From the NCBI RefSeq assembly GCF_009914755.1, contig NC_060928.1: a DNA stretch of 64,000 bases; one strand, given 5' to 3'. Made by a program: the position numbers and the translations under genes. The stretch is from the human T2T-CHM13v2.0 reference genome, Homo sapiens. Positions 1 to 12,873 of the stretch are shown here, in pieces; the first letter of the stretch is position 1, and every line of letters begins with the position of its first letter. The notes beneath the pieces are model-generated. The model ran no database searches and had not been told where the DNA came from. It saw nothing but the letters and a program-made list of their open reading frames with translations.

Positions 1-429
1 GCCCTCTATTTTTTCCAATCTGGAAAGCCTGTTTCTATCTGCCTTCTAATAAAAATCCCATTTACTTTTCAAGATTCAGCTCAAACCCTGCCTCTTCCAT
101 GAGCCTTCATTACTTGGGACCATGATGATCTATGTTCTTCTCCTTGAACTCTTAGTGTTTCTCCCATGTGTCTTACATTTACTTCATAACTGATTCATGT
201 ATCAAAGTGTTGTTCTCAACAAAACTGGTCTGATACCTTGTTCATTAGGTGGTGGGGGCAGTGTTTTCTACTTCTTTTGTATCTGCCAAAGTGCAGAGCA
301 TATGAACACTACTTCTCAAATTATGTTTTAAGAAAACTGGAACTTAGAGATTTTAAAAGATATTCCTTGGAGATGATGAAAAGAAAATCCACAGTCCAGT
401 TTGGAAAAATTAAACAAAATTAAATGGGT

Positions 430-600
430 TTCTTTATAGGAGAGTTTCTCAGAATCTTTAATATGCTAACATGAATTATGATGCCTCAAAAGAGGGATGA
501 AATTTGGAATAGTTCCTAGACTTGTTTGATCATGGAAAGCTTTCCATCCCCTGTAGATGTCTATTACACTAACATTCTCTTACGTAGTTCAGAGCACACT
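430..600. mobile_element. Old hAT-Charlie fragment (MER103-like)
   Basis: Resemblance to recalled MER103 consensus (agaatctttaatatgctaa...aagaggg...tttgatcatggaa); degraded. Confidence 0.35.
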
Positions 601-745
601 AATGCAGGGGATTCTTCATCAAGTCTTGTGGAACTTAAGGCCTGCTCCCTAGTTGTAAGCTATGCACTTCCAGGTGCTACATGACCTCTTTTAACTACTG
701 TGTATAATCAATGTGCTTAATTGAAATTCAAAGATGAATACTAAT

Positions 746-758
746 CCCCCCCCCCCCC
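746..758. repeat. C13 homopolymer
   Basis: Direct read. Confidence 0.95.
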
Positions 759-1358
759 ACCATTTAGGGAATATTCTTCTACTTCCAAAAAAAGGGGCAG
801 CAAGCAGCATGATTACTGCTTAGATTTTTTTTCCTTTAAATTTATCTGGGGAGATACTTGCTGAAAGAATGAATACAAAAAACGAACCAATGAATTCAAG
901 GATATTATGTATAATAATAACAGAACTTCAGGGAACACATGTTAAAACAAATGAGTTGGCTGATATCCAGGAGCCACATCTAGGACAATGGATATCTAAG
1001 TCCCCATTTGATCTGACTGTGAAAAGATGGTGGCCCTGAAATGATCCCTGAGGATTAGCCATCTGGGAGCAGAGTTGCTTCGTACCTATGGCGTGCAGAA
1101 AGCCTGCAGTAAGGACTTGTATATATATTACAGGAATGCTGATACAGATCCTCTCTATTTTAATCGTCCTGTATTGTCTTTCAAAAATCCTGAGAGCAAA
1201 TGAAAAATTATTGTCTATAAAGTAATTTACTTCACTTTAAATCCTAAATGGATATGAACGCATTTAGTGGCTTACAGAGCCTGAGGGAAGTATGAATGCT
1301 GGAAATGGAGCCAAGAACCTGTACTGGTTAATAAAGCAAATCAATCAGTGTCACATAC

Positions 1359-1589
1359 CATCTCCAGGGTCTACAATTTCAACCGTTGCCATTTCTGGAA
1401 ACTCCAGTACAGCCATGAGAGGTTCAGACAGAATGATCTGGAAGGTCTCTGAAGTCTCATATTCATTGTCAGGTATAATTCTCACCCTCCATGTGGCTGT
1501 AGTCTGTCCAGGATTGAACTGGATCTGTTTATTGGTCTTCCATTTGAAATCTTTGTCTTTTTTTGCAGTTTCATCTTTGGTACCAATGC
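1359..1589 (-). CDS. FREM3: FREM3 internal coding exon (231 bp, phase 1-1; probably exon 4), Calx-beta domain
   Basis: Minus strand ttttattcag|GCATTGGTACC...GGAGATG|gtatgtga. Open frame (S)[76 protein letters not shown] has the typical FRAS1/FREM Calx-beta pattern and continues in frame from the 4865-5011 exon. Confidence 0.93.
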
Positions 1590-1844
1590 CTGAATAAAAA
1601 TCAGAAAACTATAAATATAAAGCCAAGTGACTGAAGGCATAGTCTCCTTTCAAAGTGGTTTCTATTGTTAACAAAAGTAGATAACATAGAAATTGTTTCT
1701 TTTAATGCTCCCAAAAGACACTTGTAAATGATCTTTCTTGGCTAAGAGAGTGTAAGTAAGCAGAATTGAATAGAATTGAGAAGAAAACATGGAAGGGGGA
1801 TTGACAGAAAGAAGAGAACAGAGAACAATCTTATTTAACTTATT

Positions 1845-2085
1845 TATTCTAGCACATGTTTATTGAGATCCTTTGATGTGCCAAACTCTGCCAGATGCTG
1901 GGGATTCAGAGATGAATAAGAAATTGTCCCAGCCCCCAGAAAGTTCATAGTCTCAAGAGAAAGATACTAGAATATGAGCTCTATGGCGGTAGAGATCTTT
2001 GACCGTTGTGTTCACTGATGAATTCCTGGGAATTAGGACAGTGCATGGCAGGTAGTAGGTATTCAATACAAATTTTTGAGTGAAT
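1845..2085. mobile_element. L2 3' fragments in opposite orientations
   Basis: atgtttattgag...gtgccaaactctg...gatgctgggg (minus) followed by ggcaggtagtaggtattcaatacaaatttttgagtgaat (plus L2 3' end). Confidence 0.55.
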
Positions 2086-2324
2086 ATTTTGTATCTGATA
2101 ATTTCAATTTCTGCAGCCTTTGGAAGACTGACCCTGAAGGTTGTTTCCTCTTGCTGATTCTTACTCATGGTGGCTTGTTTCCTCATATGTTTAGTGATTT
2201 TTTGATTGTAAGAGAACTCTTAGTAATTTTTCAGGCAATTAGTGCAATGTTGGTGAAAATGGAGAGAGGCAAGAGATTTGAGCTCTGTTAGGAAATAGTA
2301 ATTAGTAACTTACTGAAGATACGA

Positions 2325-2352
2325 AACAACAACAACAACATCAACAACAACA
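2325..2352. repeat. (AAC)n microsatellite
   Basis: aacaacaacaacaacatcaacaacaac. Confidence 0.9.
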
Positions 2353-2929
2353 AAATAGTGTTAAAATACCCAATGTGAGATACAATGGTGAAAAGTGCTA
2401 CCCCATCAAGACTAAATAGACCTTCCTCTCAACCCAAAGTGTTCAAGCAGCATTCTAATATTGTTTGGTCTTGATTTTAACATACCAAGAAAACAATACC
2501 CATGCCTCACCACTTAAGTCCCATTATAAGGGTTAGTTACATTCTGCAGTTGTGTGGATGTGTGAAATCAAATATGGTAACTTGACACCAGCTATGGTGA
2601 AAACTTGATATAAAATAAGATTAATAGCCCTCCCATGCAATTCCTTGGCCTCATACTCAAATAATCTGAAACTTGTAAAAGATACCCGAAGCTATAGAGC
2701 CTGAAAATAATTTCAAAGGTAGGATAGCTAGTGTTGCCTTTGCAAATCTGCTGAAGAAAGCCTGCATTAATATTAGTTTGGTGACTGAGATTGAATGTCC
2801 AATATTTAGGAAGAGCCTCCTTTGGCCACATGTTGGAAGTGGGGAACATAAAAAAGAGTGAATGGTGTCCTCAGCCAAAGCTTAGGTAGAGCTAAGTGGC
2901 GCTGCTATAGGAATGAAGCAGGCACATGG

Positions 2930-3700
2930 TGATTTACTTAATGTTTGATGAACATTGTCTCTGTGTGAGGTGCTGAGGATGTCACACAGAATTAGGCACA
3001 GCCACCACTACCCTCAAGAGGTTTTCAATTTTGGGAGAGGCAAACAGATAAACAGGTGATTTTAATTGTGTTTGATGAGTGCCACAGAATGGTATTTATC
3101 ACTTCTTGAGCATTGGCGGTATGCCAAGAACTGTGCTAGATTGATTTATAATCATTATTACGAATTCCCCTCAAACACATCGTGAGATGGATAATTTACT
3201 TACACATAAGGAAACTGAACTCTTTTGAAAGTCACAAAAAAGAGTAAGTGACAGAGCAGGAAGTCGAACTCCACCATTTTGTTTCTTTTTTCTTCTGGAT
3301 CCTGTGGTTCGACTATTAGCCTGGGGTGGAGTTGGGGTATCAGAAGGACTTTCTGGAGTGTCTGATTGAGATGGTTTAGAGGTTCCTGTCTGTGATGTTG
3401 AGTAGTATTGTGATTTTAAAGAGTACTTACGGAACAGAAGGGCTGGCTGTAGTTTACTTAACAACAAATATTGGTGACTACCATATGCCCCATGCTGTTC
3501 TTGAGGTTGGACATAACCCAAGATGTAGTTCCTGACCTTATAAAGCTGAAATCTACTTGGGAAGACAAATAGACACATGATCCATGCCAATTATGGTAAG
3601 TGCTGTGAAGAACCATACAGCAGTGCATGTAGATAGAGTATGGCAGGGGTGCTGGTTTGGACAGGGTGGCCAGAAGGATTTCCAAAGGGTTCAGTTAGGG
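2930..3700 (-). mobile_element. Cluster of L2 and MIR fragments
   Basis: L2-like stretches at ~2930-3090 and ~3455-3700; MIR core-like aaggaaactgaac...aagtcac...gtaagtgacagagcagg at ~3100-3270. Confidence 0.5.
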
Positions 3701-4864
3701 CAAACATTCAAATGGTTCTGAGCAGATGAACTTTTTTTTCTTGGGTCAGGATACAAATATCCTTCTTGACATTTTAACCCAAACTCACAAGAAAGCCTTG
3801 AGATAAAGAATTGTGGAAGTAGGGCCTGACAAGAGGAGGGAGGCATATTTCAGCTGACATTCCTGGCAGCGAGTTCCACCATGTGTTGATGTAGTAACCT
3901 GGAATGTAGGCCGAGGCTGAGGGCCACCCAGAAGTCAGGGTGCTCTTTGGCTGACCCCTTCTCCTAGGAGAACAGTCCTATTTTAGGAGCTCTGGGCCTG
4001 GAGCAGAGACTAGGGAAAGCTTCCCTTTCCTTGATTGCTTGTTTTCTCTCCAGCTCATTTCTTCCCTGGCTTCTCTCCAACAGTTTTGATATACTGCCTC
4101 GGCTCTGAGTGGGGTCCTGCATGTCGAGGAAACTCAATGCTTATTTGTAAAATGAAGACAATATAACCCTATCTGTCTTCTTAATAGATTATGTAAATAA
4201 AGGCAAAATGATTTCTGAAAGTTCTGGCAGCTAAAGATGTTATGAAAATGCAATGCCTTATTAGAACAACTACTGTTAATTGTTAATGATGATAATCAGA
4301 TATAGTATACCGGCATTATGTATGTGTTTACTCCAAGAAAACATATTTCTGTACTAGGTCCTTGTAGAACATAAAGAAATTTGACACCGTACATGTCCTC
4401 AAGGAATTTATAACCTACTAGCAAGGTTAAAACAATTATACATAATCAAAAGAAATATATAGAACTAAACACAGTAATGGATCATGTACTCATAAATAAT
4501 TTTTCAAAAGAAATAGCTAAAAATATATGCTTAAAACAACTTTTAAGGAAATTGAGTGACTTGAAGATTGTGGGATGGCTATGAAGTGTCTTAATTTTCC
4601 TGGAGACTGGTGAGTTATAAAAGAGAGAAAGATGTAACTTGCTAGAAAGAGGAAAACAGGGGAAAGATGATAAAAATTGATACATATCTAAGCCCCATAA
4701 CTCACATGGAGCAAAAACCACGGCACATTTTCACAGACACTTTTTTAGAGATTTCTCCAAACCAGTTCTTTATTCTCTTTCAGTATACTTTCTTGTAATT
4801 ATTTTTAGTCCCAGATTTCATGTTTCCATGACCTTTTACCAACAACCAATCCAAAGTTACTTAC

Positions 4865-5011
4865 TGATAAATGATGTTTCTCCAAGGTATCCTCTGCGTG
4901 TAAGGGTCACTTCTAAGAATGTGGAATCTTCATCCACAATGTAGTACTCTTTCTCCAAACAAATCCAAGCCCAGTTTAGATGGAAAGGCTGATTTGTTAG
5001 TTTATTTCCTC
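4865..5011 (-). CDS. FREM3: FREM3 internal coding exon (147 bp, phase 1-1; probably exon 3), start of first Calx-beta region
   Basis: Minus strand caattgcag|GAGGAAATAAA...TTTATCA|gtaagtaac. Encodes (G)[48 protein letters not shown](S), recognisable FREM-family sequence. Confidence 0.93.
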
Positions 5012-7284
5012 CTGCAATTGATAGGGGCAAAGGAAAAGTCAGCTGGAGTATTTGATGGCAATATTCAATGATCAATGTGTGCATTTTACTTCTGAAACCA
5101 AGGGTTTCAAAACATACTCGTTTTATTTTATTTTATTTTTTTGGTAGAGAGAGGAAATGTTGTTTGCTTTTCTAGAGGATGTCATGAGTGGCATCTTAAG
5201 CCCTATTCCTCCTGCTTAATCTGGAGGGAGCCAGGTGCCTCCTATTCCCAAAGGGTCTTGTGCATCAGGGTTCCAAAGAGCCAGAGCTTGGTAGTTTTAA
5301 ATTCAGGTCATACTCAACACCTCTATCGTTTCCTCCCTGCCTGTTGTCTTCACTTTCACTCCCTCTGCCTCCTCCATTTTTTCTCTGCCCTTACTTACTC
5401 CTTTATATTATTTGAGCATCCATTTGATCTCATATTAGTCTGGAAGTTCCTTGAAGGCAATACCAACATTATATTTACCTATTTTATCACTTTCAGGACA
5501 TAGTATGATGTATTGAACTTATACACTCTAATGTTTAAAAACTACCCATGAAGAGGACAATAGACAAGGGATATAAGGGCTCTATCTTATTTCCTCTTGT
5601 CCACACCGAGTCACTGGCCTCTTTCTGAAAGATCAACCCAGCCCATTATTGTGGCTGTGTAATGTTTGTGTATTGGTAGCAAGAGAAGGTCTCCCTAATC
5701 TGGGGAGTGGTTGCTACAAATAATCACCTGTGAAAAGATGTTGAAGTAGAAGTCTTTGTGACTGAGTTTCAACTGATGGGCCAATATGATAGATACCAGA
5801 TACCAAAGTGACTGTGTATGAACTTTACCAAATACAGCTTTACTAACCAGTTCCACAGTTACTGGACCCCTTAATGAGATCAAGCATATCAAAATGGGGC
5901 AGTGTGTGGACTAGAAAGAAGAATTTGTGAAGAGAGTACTTTAGAAAAAGCTGATGCCATGGTGGAAATCCCTATTATCACCAAAAAGGGTATGGGTATG
6001 AGATGGGGCTACAGCCTTGACCTCCAGCCTACAGGGCTTCAGTGAACCTCCTGGAGAGCTTGACATCTCCTTCTATAGTTGGAGTCCATGTGACTTACTC
6101 ATTTCCAAAAAAGATTGGCAGGGTAAAGGAGTGAGTGGAGAGCGCTGCATTGGGAAGCAGTCGAGTAGCTTTGAAGAGCAGGACAAAGAAAGCAGGTATA
6201 TGGACTAGAGGTGGGTCATCTGTCCAGTAGGGCCAGTTAAGGAGGCAACAGGGTTTCCACAGAAAGGAAGCTGGGAGCCGACCACCAGATTCCCGTGGGT
6301 TGCACAGGTGGTAAGAGACAAGGAGGCTCTAAAGATAGGAATCTTCAAGGAACCCATGAAAACACCAAGTAAGGAAGGGGTCCCCTTTAAAGAGCTGCCA
6401 CCCAGGGACCTCCAACAGCAGATGGCAATGATACTTTCTATACCAGACTGTGCTCTGCCTACCTTATCTCCTCTCTTTCTAGAGTCAACCTTGGAAGAGC
6501 AATACCTTGCTAGTAAGTAAAGGGAACCATGAGCATGGAAAGAGGGAAGCTGGCCTCAGCCCTCCTTCGCACTGCAGGTTCTGATCTATAGTTGCAAAGA
6601 AGGATCAGTAGAAAACAAGCACTGAGATTTAATCCTACTTGGGCTTAAAGGAACTCACTGATGTGTAACTGCAAGATAAATGCATATGTTGATTTTCATG
6701 TTTACTCTCTATAGTTTTCTCTCTCTTTAAAAAATAACATTATTGATACTATTGTGGATATTCTGATAAATACAGAAAAATACAAGACAAAAGCGCTCAA
6801 AATCCTACTGCTATTTTTTAAAAACCATATTTTTTACAGTTTGAAAACACTTTAATTATTCATGTATGTAGTCCTTTAGATTTTGAAATCCCATGTCATG
6901 ACAATAGTTTATATTTACTTTTTTTGTGTCTTTTTCATAGTTCTTTTATATACTGTCACATGTTTTATTCTACAAACCCATTACAGAGTATGGCAAATAT
7001 TAATCTCAATTTATAACTGGACAGTTTCAGGAGGAGGAGGCAATTTGACCAGGTCCCCACAGGTGAGTGGTGAGGCCAGTTTTGCAGTCTGCTAGTCCAG
7101 TGCTCTGTCTTTCACTCTGAGCTGCCATTCCTGTGGGTTAGAGATCAATGCAACACAAACGCTTCAAAAGCAAAGTAGGAAAAATCTATTGCAGATCAGA
7201 CCCTCTGAATAAAAACATGCACAGTGAGAAGGGTTTAACAATTAGAGACAGATACACCTCCAGATTCCAAACAGCTAATTTGTA

Positions 7285-7510
7285 GTCTTGTGATGAAGAG
7301 CATAGACTCCTGAGTCACATGGACCCAGGTTCTGGGCCTGCCACTTATGAGCCATTTGATCATGAACAAATTATGGATCTTCAGTTTCTTCATCTGTAAA
7401 TGTGATAATAGCATTATGTGCTCAATAGGATTGTTGTGAGAATCAAAGAAAATAATGCTACCAAATGACCGGCACAAATTAGGTGCTCAATAAATGTGGG
7501 TTCTTATCAT
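7285..7510 (+). mobile_element. MIR SINE
   Basis: aagagcatagactcctgagtcac...ctgccactta...tcagtttcttcatctgtaaatg...ggattgttgtgagaat matches the MIR core. Confidence 0.8.
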
Positions 7511-8508
7511 CATGGTTTTAAAACAGCATAGGATTAATTTACACTAGGCTATATTGCTGCTTTTGACTTTGCTTTCACTACTGACTGGTTAATACATCTT
7601 TTAAAAAGTGGCTAGTTTCATAGGAACAGCCTGTGTTAGAACTTTGAACTCCTCTTTTATTTTAACATTTTTCTTTTTAAAGCACTTTCTTGTCACATTT
7701 CATATTCCTTTGCAATCTGCCTATATTTTGCCTGCCCCCATACCAGACAACACTATTGTTACTATTTTGTTGAAATTTTAGTATGCCTTGAGCAAGATAA
7801 GAAAATATGAAAGCATCATCCTCTTCAAGCATGAGCTCCTTAGTCACTGTAACCTGACATCACCGGCTAATCAATGCTTTCTGTGACCACATGCTTGCTG
7901 TTAGGCACCATATCAATTCACTTTCTAGAGAAATGAGAAAGACAAACATGGTCTGGGATAAATAAGAAATATTCTGTGTTTCAAAACATTTAAAGGGAAC
8001 CTACTTTAAACCAAGTATGTTAGGAGAAAGAGGCTGGTAGGAATTGTTTCTAGTTCTAGATGAATCCAAGAAGGTGAAGTCCATCTACAGATGTTTTAAA
8101 GCCCTATTTATTAATATTCCTTAATAAAATTAACCTTAGAAATAGGGAAGTAAATAGCTAAGTAACAACTCAATGGGGTTTTGGCCTAAAGATACCAGTG
8201 GCTAAAATGCAGTAAGTACATGTATTGGCCAGAAAAAAGACTGTCCATCAGAAGTCAAAATAATGGTGATGATAGAGCAGAAGAGAGTTTTCATTAAAGT
8301 ATTTTCTCTTTCCCTTCTCTATGAAGCAACACAAATCAGAGATAAATGGCTCCCTGGTGTATTGGTCATATCCTACAAATTGATCCCAAATACCAACTTC
8401 TTGTTATCTGCTAAAAAGGTTCTTTTATTCCAATTAAATGTGAATTTGTGCCAAAGACAATATTATTTGATTCTGGGGCTGGCTTAGTTCCTAATGCTTA
8501 AATCTTGA

Positions 8509-8763
<255 letters not shown>

Positions 8764-9369
8764 CTAAATAGTAGAGATAATATCTATACATTTTTATTTC
8801 CCTAGTGTGTGCATTGACCTTCAGGATTCTCTAATCCAACTAGAAAATAAGACGTGTATATGAAACTGTTAAATTACAACACAAGGGCAATATGATTGTG
8901 GATAGAAATGAATGGAGCAAAACAAGTAGAAAGGAAGACTTCCTGGGATGACTGGGCTGGGAGAGATGGGTAGAATTCTCTTTGCAGAGAAGGAGGGGCC
9001 ATTTTAATATGGAGGGAGAAGAAGGTAGACTTAGGGGAAGCAGACTGAAGGAAACTTACAAGGGCATGGTACATTCTTAAAAATTTGTAATGGTATTCTT
9101 TAGTAAAACGTACTGTTTCTAAGGCATGACCAGACTACTTCAGAATGAATTCAGGAAGATTTCTGATTGTCAAAATACTTATGTGCATTTACCACAAAAA
9201 GAGTAATTCTGATAACCTAAAAACATTTCAGGCACCCTTTCAGTTCCTTTGGCTTGACAATTATAATAAAAAATGTGTTAATGCACTCCAGAATTCTCTT
9301 GTAGATCTAAGTTATAGTCTAGGTTTTTGAAGGATGATTGATGAAAAGTTACAATTAATTAATTAAGCC

Positions 9370-9700
9370 ATCCATTCAGTTATTCCACCAATATTTATTG
9401 AATACCTGTTATATGCTATTGACTCTTCTAAGTGTTGAGGATAGAACAGTGAAATCAAAAAAAATCCTTGTTCTTGTGTAGCTTACTTTCCAGTGGGCCA
9501 ATAAGCAAATAATGTATAATATAGTTGATGGTGAAAGTGCTATGCAAAAATCAGGATAGTTGGATAAAGCATAACTGGGAGAATCAGAAGGTAATAGTTT
9601 ATATAGAGTGGTTAGAAAAGGCTTTCCTAAAGGGGTGATATTTGATAAGAGATTGGGGGAAAGAATATTTCAGGCAGAGGGAAAACAAGCACAAAAATAA
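9370..9700 (-). mobile_element. L2 fragment
   Basis: ccattcagttattccaccaatatttattgaatacctg... is the reverse of the L2 3' end. Confidence 0.65.
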
Positions 9701-9879
9701 ATATGTCCATATTTTAAAAGTAATCAATATTCTGTCATGGTCAAAGGCTACTTGGTCTCCATTCCCTTCGGGTGCCCTTTTTATTCCTATCAATCAGTAC
9801 CTATCAATCAGTACTTAAGAAGGTGGTCTGGCTTTTTCAGGCCAGTAGTATTCATTAGGGACATTTAGTTAATATGATT

Positions 9880-10598
9880 TTGTTTTGTAACTATTCTGCA
9901 GCTTTTGAACTCCCTGTCCATATTTGGAGGATTTGGGATTTGATGAGTCCCTCACCTATAGCAGGAATGTCCAATCTTTTGGCTTCCCTGGGCCACATTG
10001 GAGGAAGAAGAATTATCTTAGGTCATACATAAAATACACTACATAACAATAGTTGATGAGCTAAAAAAAAATCCAAAAACCTCATAATGTTTTAAGAAAG
10101 TTTACGAATTTGTGTTGAACCACATTCAAAGCCATCCTGGGCTGCATGTAGCCCACAGGCCATGGGTTGGACAAGCTTGACCTACAGGAAGGAATTAGAA
10201 AATATCATTTTGCAGCCTCTCTTACAGCTAGGGCATAAGCTTGTCACTTAGGCTTTGCCAATGTAGCTTGAGACTTTGATTTAAAAGTGTACAATGTGAG
10301 GAGGCTGCAGGTCAACTGCATAGAGTCCATATTTTGGTGAGGGTTGCAGTGGAGGCACTTGGTTTTCATGGGCATTGGTAGCAGAGATCTAGTGTCCAGT
10401 GACAACTGTACCTAGTGGCAACGGTCATCCACAGAGTGCTGTTGGCATTCTTTCTAGCTGCATGTCCTGTCATTCTGTCTCTCTGGCATCCTAGAGATAC
10501 TACTAAAGCTTATCACTATGCCATAATATATTTGTTTATTTAAATAGCAATGATATTTAATAGGACTTAAATAGCAATGGTAGGTTTGCAACTAGGAA
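9880..10598. mobile_element. Old ERVL-type LTR (LTR33/LTR16-like) interrupted by MER30
   Basis: ttttgcagcctctcttacagctagggca...gtcactttaggcttt...gagactttgat...gtttgcaactagga resembles the LTR33/16 family; highly diverged. Confidence 0.45.
9962..10179 (+). mobile_element. MER30 hAT-Charlie DNA transposon (complete)
   Basis: caggaatgtccaatcttttggcttccctgggccac...gggttggacaagcttg; 8-bp TSD acctatag (9954-9961) / acctacag (10180-10187). Confidence 0.9.
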
Positions 10599-12036
10599 AA
10601 TTCTCTTGTAGATCTAACTATATTCTAGGTTTCTGAAGGATGATTTATGAAATATTACAGTTAACTAAGCCATCCATTCAATTATTGCATAAATATTTAT
10701 TGATCACCTGGTATATGCTGTTCCCTCTTCTAAGTGTTGAGGATAGAACAATGAAAACAACAAAATCCCACAGCAATGAACTTGTTTTTGTCTTATTGTG
10801 TTTGTAAAGGAATAAGAAGACATTGAATAGTGAAGGTGAAAATGATTAGCATAACGCCTGGCATGCAGTAGGCACTCAAGACACTGGGTACATTAAAGCT
10901 ATATTAATATTGATGCAATGCACACATTTTAATGGACATGTAGGAGAAAATAAGTACAAATTGGTGTTTTGGAATGCATAAATCAATTACATACAGAGAA
11001 CTGATTATTTGCTCATTTACACAATATATAATTACTTTGAAGTCAAACCGTACATCAGGCACAATCCTAAGCGTCGCAGATAAAAAGACATGTCAGGTAT
11101 GGGCTCTTCAGAGAGGATATTGACAGGCTTCATGAAATAATAAGAGCTTAAGCATTAAAACAGTGACAGTGGAAAGGGAAAAGATGGGTTAAAGAAAAAT
11201 GAAGGAAGAACCATCAGGCTGTAGGAGATGACTAGCTCTGAGAGTTATGGGGACTGTAAAAAAAATGACTCACAGAGCCCAAACAGGGCAGCTGGAGGAG
11301 TTGTGTAGGTATAGTAGTACAGCAGTATAGATATAGCAATAGCTGATTTAGAGAAGCCAGGAAGGAAGGTAGCTTGGGAGTTTGGTTTTAATTTGGCTTT
11401 GATGTGATGATAAGAGGCCCAAGTACAAAAACTCATCAGATATTTGGATATATGGGACAAAGGTTTGGGGACAGCCAAAGGCAAGACACGTAAATTCAGG
11501 AGTAATTATTATGCAGGGAGTTTCTGAGAGAGAGGTTTAAAGTTGGGTTTCTGAAAGTTTAACAATAGAGAGCTAAATATATATTGTACAATCTTTGTAT
11601 TTTGTTAGGCATTACTCTCAAATGATCTAGGCAATTGTGGAGTTGGATAAGAAGATTTATAGCTAGTGGGACCCCAGCGGCTTATCTGACATAAGATACC
11701 CCAGGGGCTCTGAGTTAGCTGATTCAGCCATCACCCTTTTTCACCCTCTCTCAGACCTGCTACTGGGGTATTGATGGACAGCTGGCCACCCCTGGACTTT
11801 GAAGCTCCAAGCCAGAAGCAAGATGGAGGAAAGGGCTTCGTCTTCATGACACATCCTGCCTCCTCATGTGTGGCTCCGACTGAGAGTCCCCTTCTGGCTG
11901 TGCATAATCACTTGCTGGAGAAAGGGTGTGAGGGGAAGGAAATGAAATATTAGAAAGGGAGAAGCTGGGCTGGGCCAGGGAAACTCTGCTAAGACGAAGG
12001 CTCGTTGTGTGAGGGTCAGTTACAGGCTCCCTGACT

Positions 12037-12104
12037 TCTGAAGTCAGGGAATTGTGAGAGGGTGTGGGATTCTGAAGTCAGGAAATTGTGAGGAGGTGTG
12101 GGAT
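12037..12104 (+). repeat. 34-bp tandem duplication
   Basis: tctgaagtcagggaattgtgagagggtgtgggat / tctgaagtcaggaaattgtgaggaggtgtgggat. Confidence 0.9.
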
Positions 12105-12644
12105 GAGGGGATGTCACTGTGGTCCTTCCAAATGGAGGCCAGAGAGATCATTGCCTAGACCTTAGCTATGCCCCCACAGGCTTCAGTTGGGAGAACTCAA
12201 CTTCCTCCCTCAGACCTAGCAGCAGGCAGTCAGCCAGATGATGCATTAACAATTGTATTCTGTGTGTGAGAGGTGGTTTACTGTGTAATAAATAAGAGTG
12301 CAGATTCTGGACTGTATGAAAACCCAATTTATGTAAGTCAGGGACTTTGTGTAGCTGACACTATGTACTTCAATGAGGGAGACACTGTAGAAAAAGAGAA
12401 CCAAGAACTAAACTTTGGGGACAGTTTCATTTGGAAACCAGTGAAGAAAAAGAAATCAGTTACAAAATAGAGAATAAGAAATATTTGAATTAGTTTTATC
12501 ACAATGTGGAAGTCTGGTATAAAATGATCACCTAGAAGTAAAAAAGAATAGCTTGAAGCATAAGTATAATTTTCACATCAAAGCATGACACTTTGTTATT
12601 TGCTATATTAAGCTGTTGTAGCTACGTATGTAGTTATACTCTAG

Positions 12645-12873
12645 TGCATGATTTTCCATCTCAGTACTACTGACATTATGGGCTAGATAATTCCTTTGTG
12701 ATGGTAGCCCTGTGCATTGCAGAATGCTCAGCAACCTCCCTGGCCTTTACCTCCTAGATACCAACAGCATTCCCTCCCTGCTCCTCCTCATCCTCAATTG
12801 TGACAATCAAAACTATCTTCGGACATTGCCAAATGTCCCCTGGGGGGAAATCACCACTGATTAAGAACTACTG
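12645..12873. mobile_element. MER20 hAT-Charlie element
   Basis: actactgacatt.tgggctagataattc...tgtgacaatcaaaa...gacattgccaaatgtcccctgggggg...aagaactactg matches MER20. Confidence 0.85.

Larger units (their letters stand above)
9292..10768 (+). repeat. Dispersed local direct duplication of ~175 bp (9292-9467 and 10599-10768)
   Basis: Both copies read aattctcttgtagatctaa..tat..tctaggttt.tgaaggatgatt.atgaaa...ctcttctaagtgttgaggatagaaca.tgaaa.caa.aaaatcc. Confidence 0.9.

Noticed and set aside
1292-1597. 101-aa plus-strand ORF
   Set aside because: It is the antisense shadow of the FREM3 exon at 1359-1589.
2885-2906. CTCF-like motif gagctaagtggcgctg
   Set aside because: Only the 3' half matches; the CCAC/CCAG core is absent, so it cannot be supported without ChIP data.
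5012-5084. N-terminal part of ORF-track 4857..5084 (MHTLIIEY...)
   Set aside because: Intronic read-through upstream of the splice acceptor; only 4865-5011 is FREM-like.
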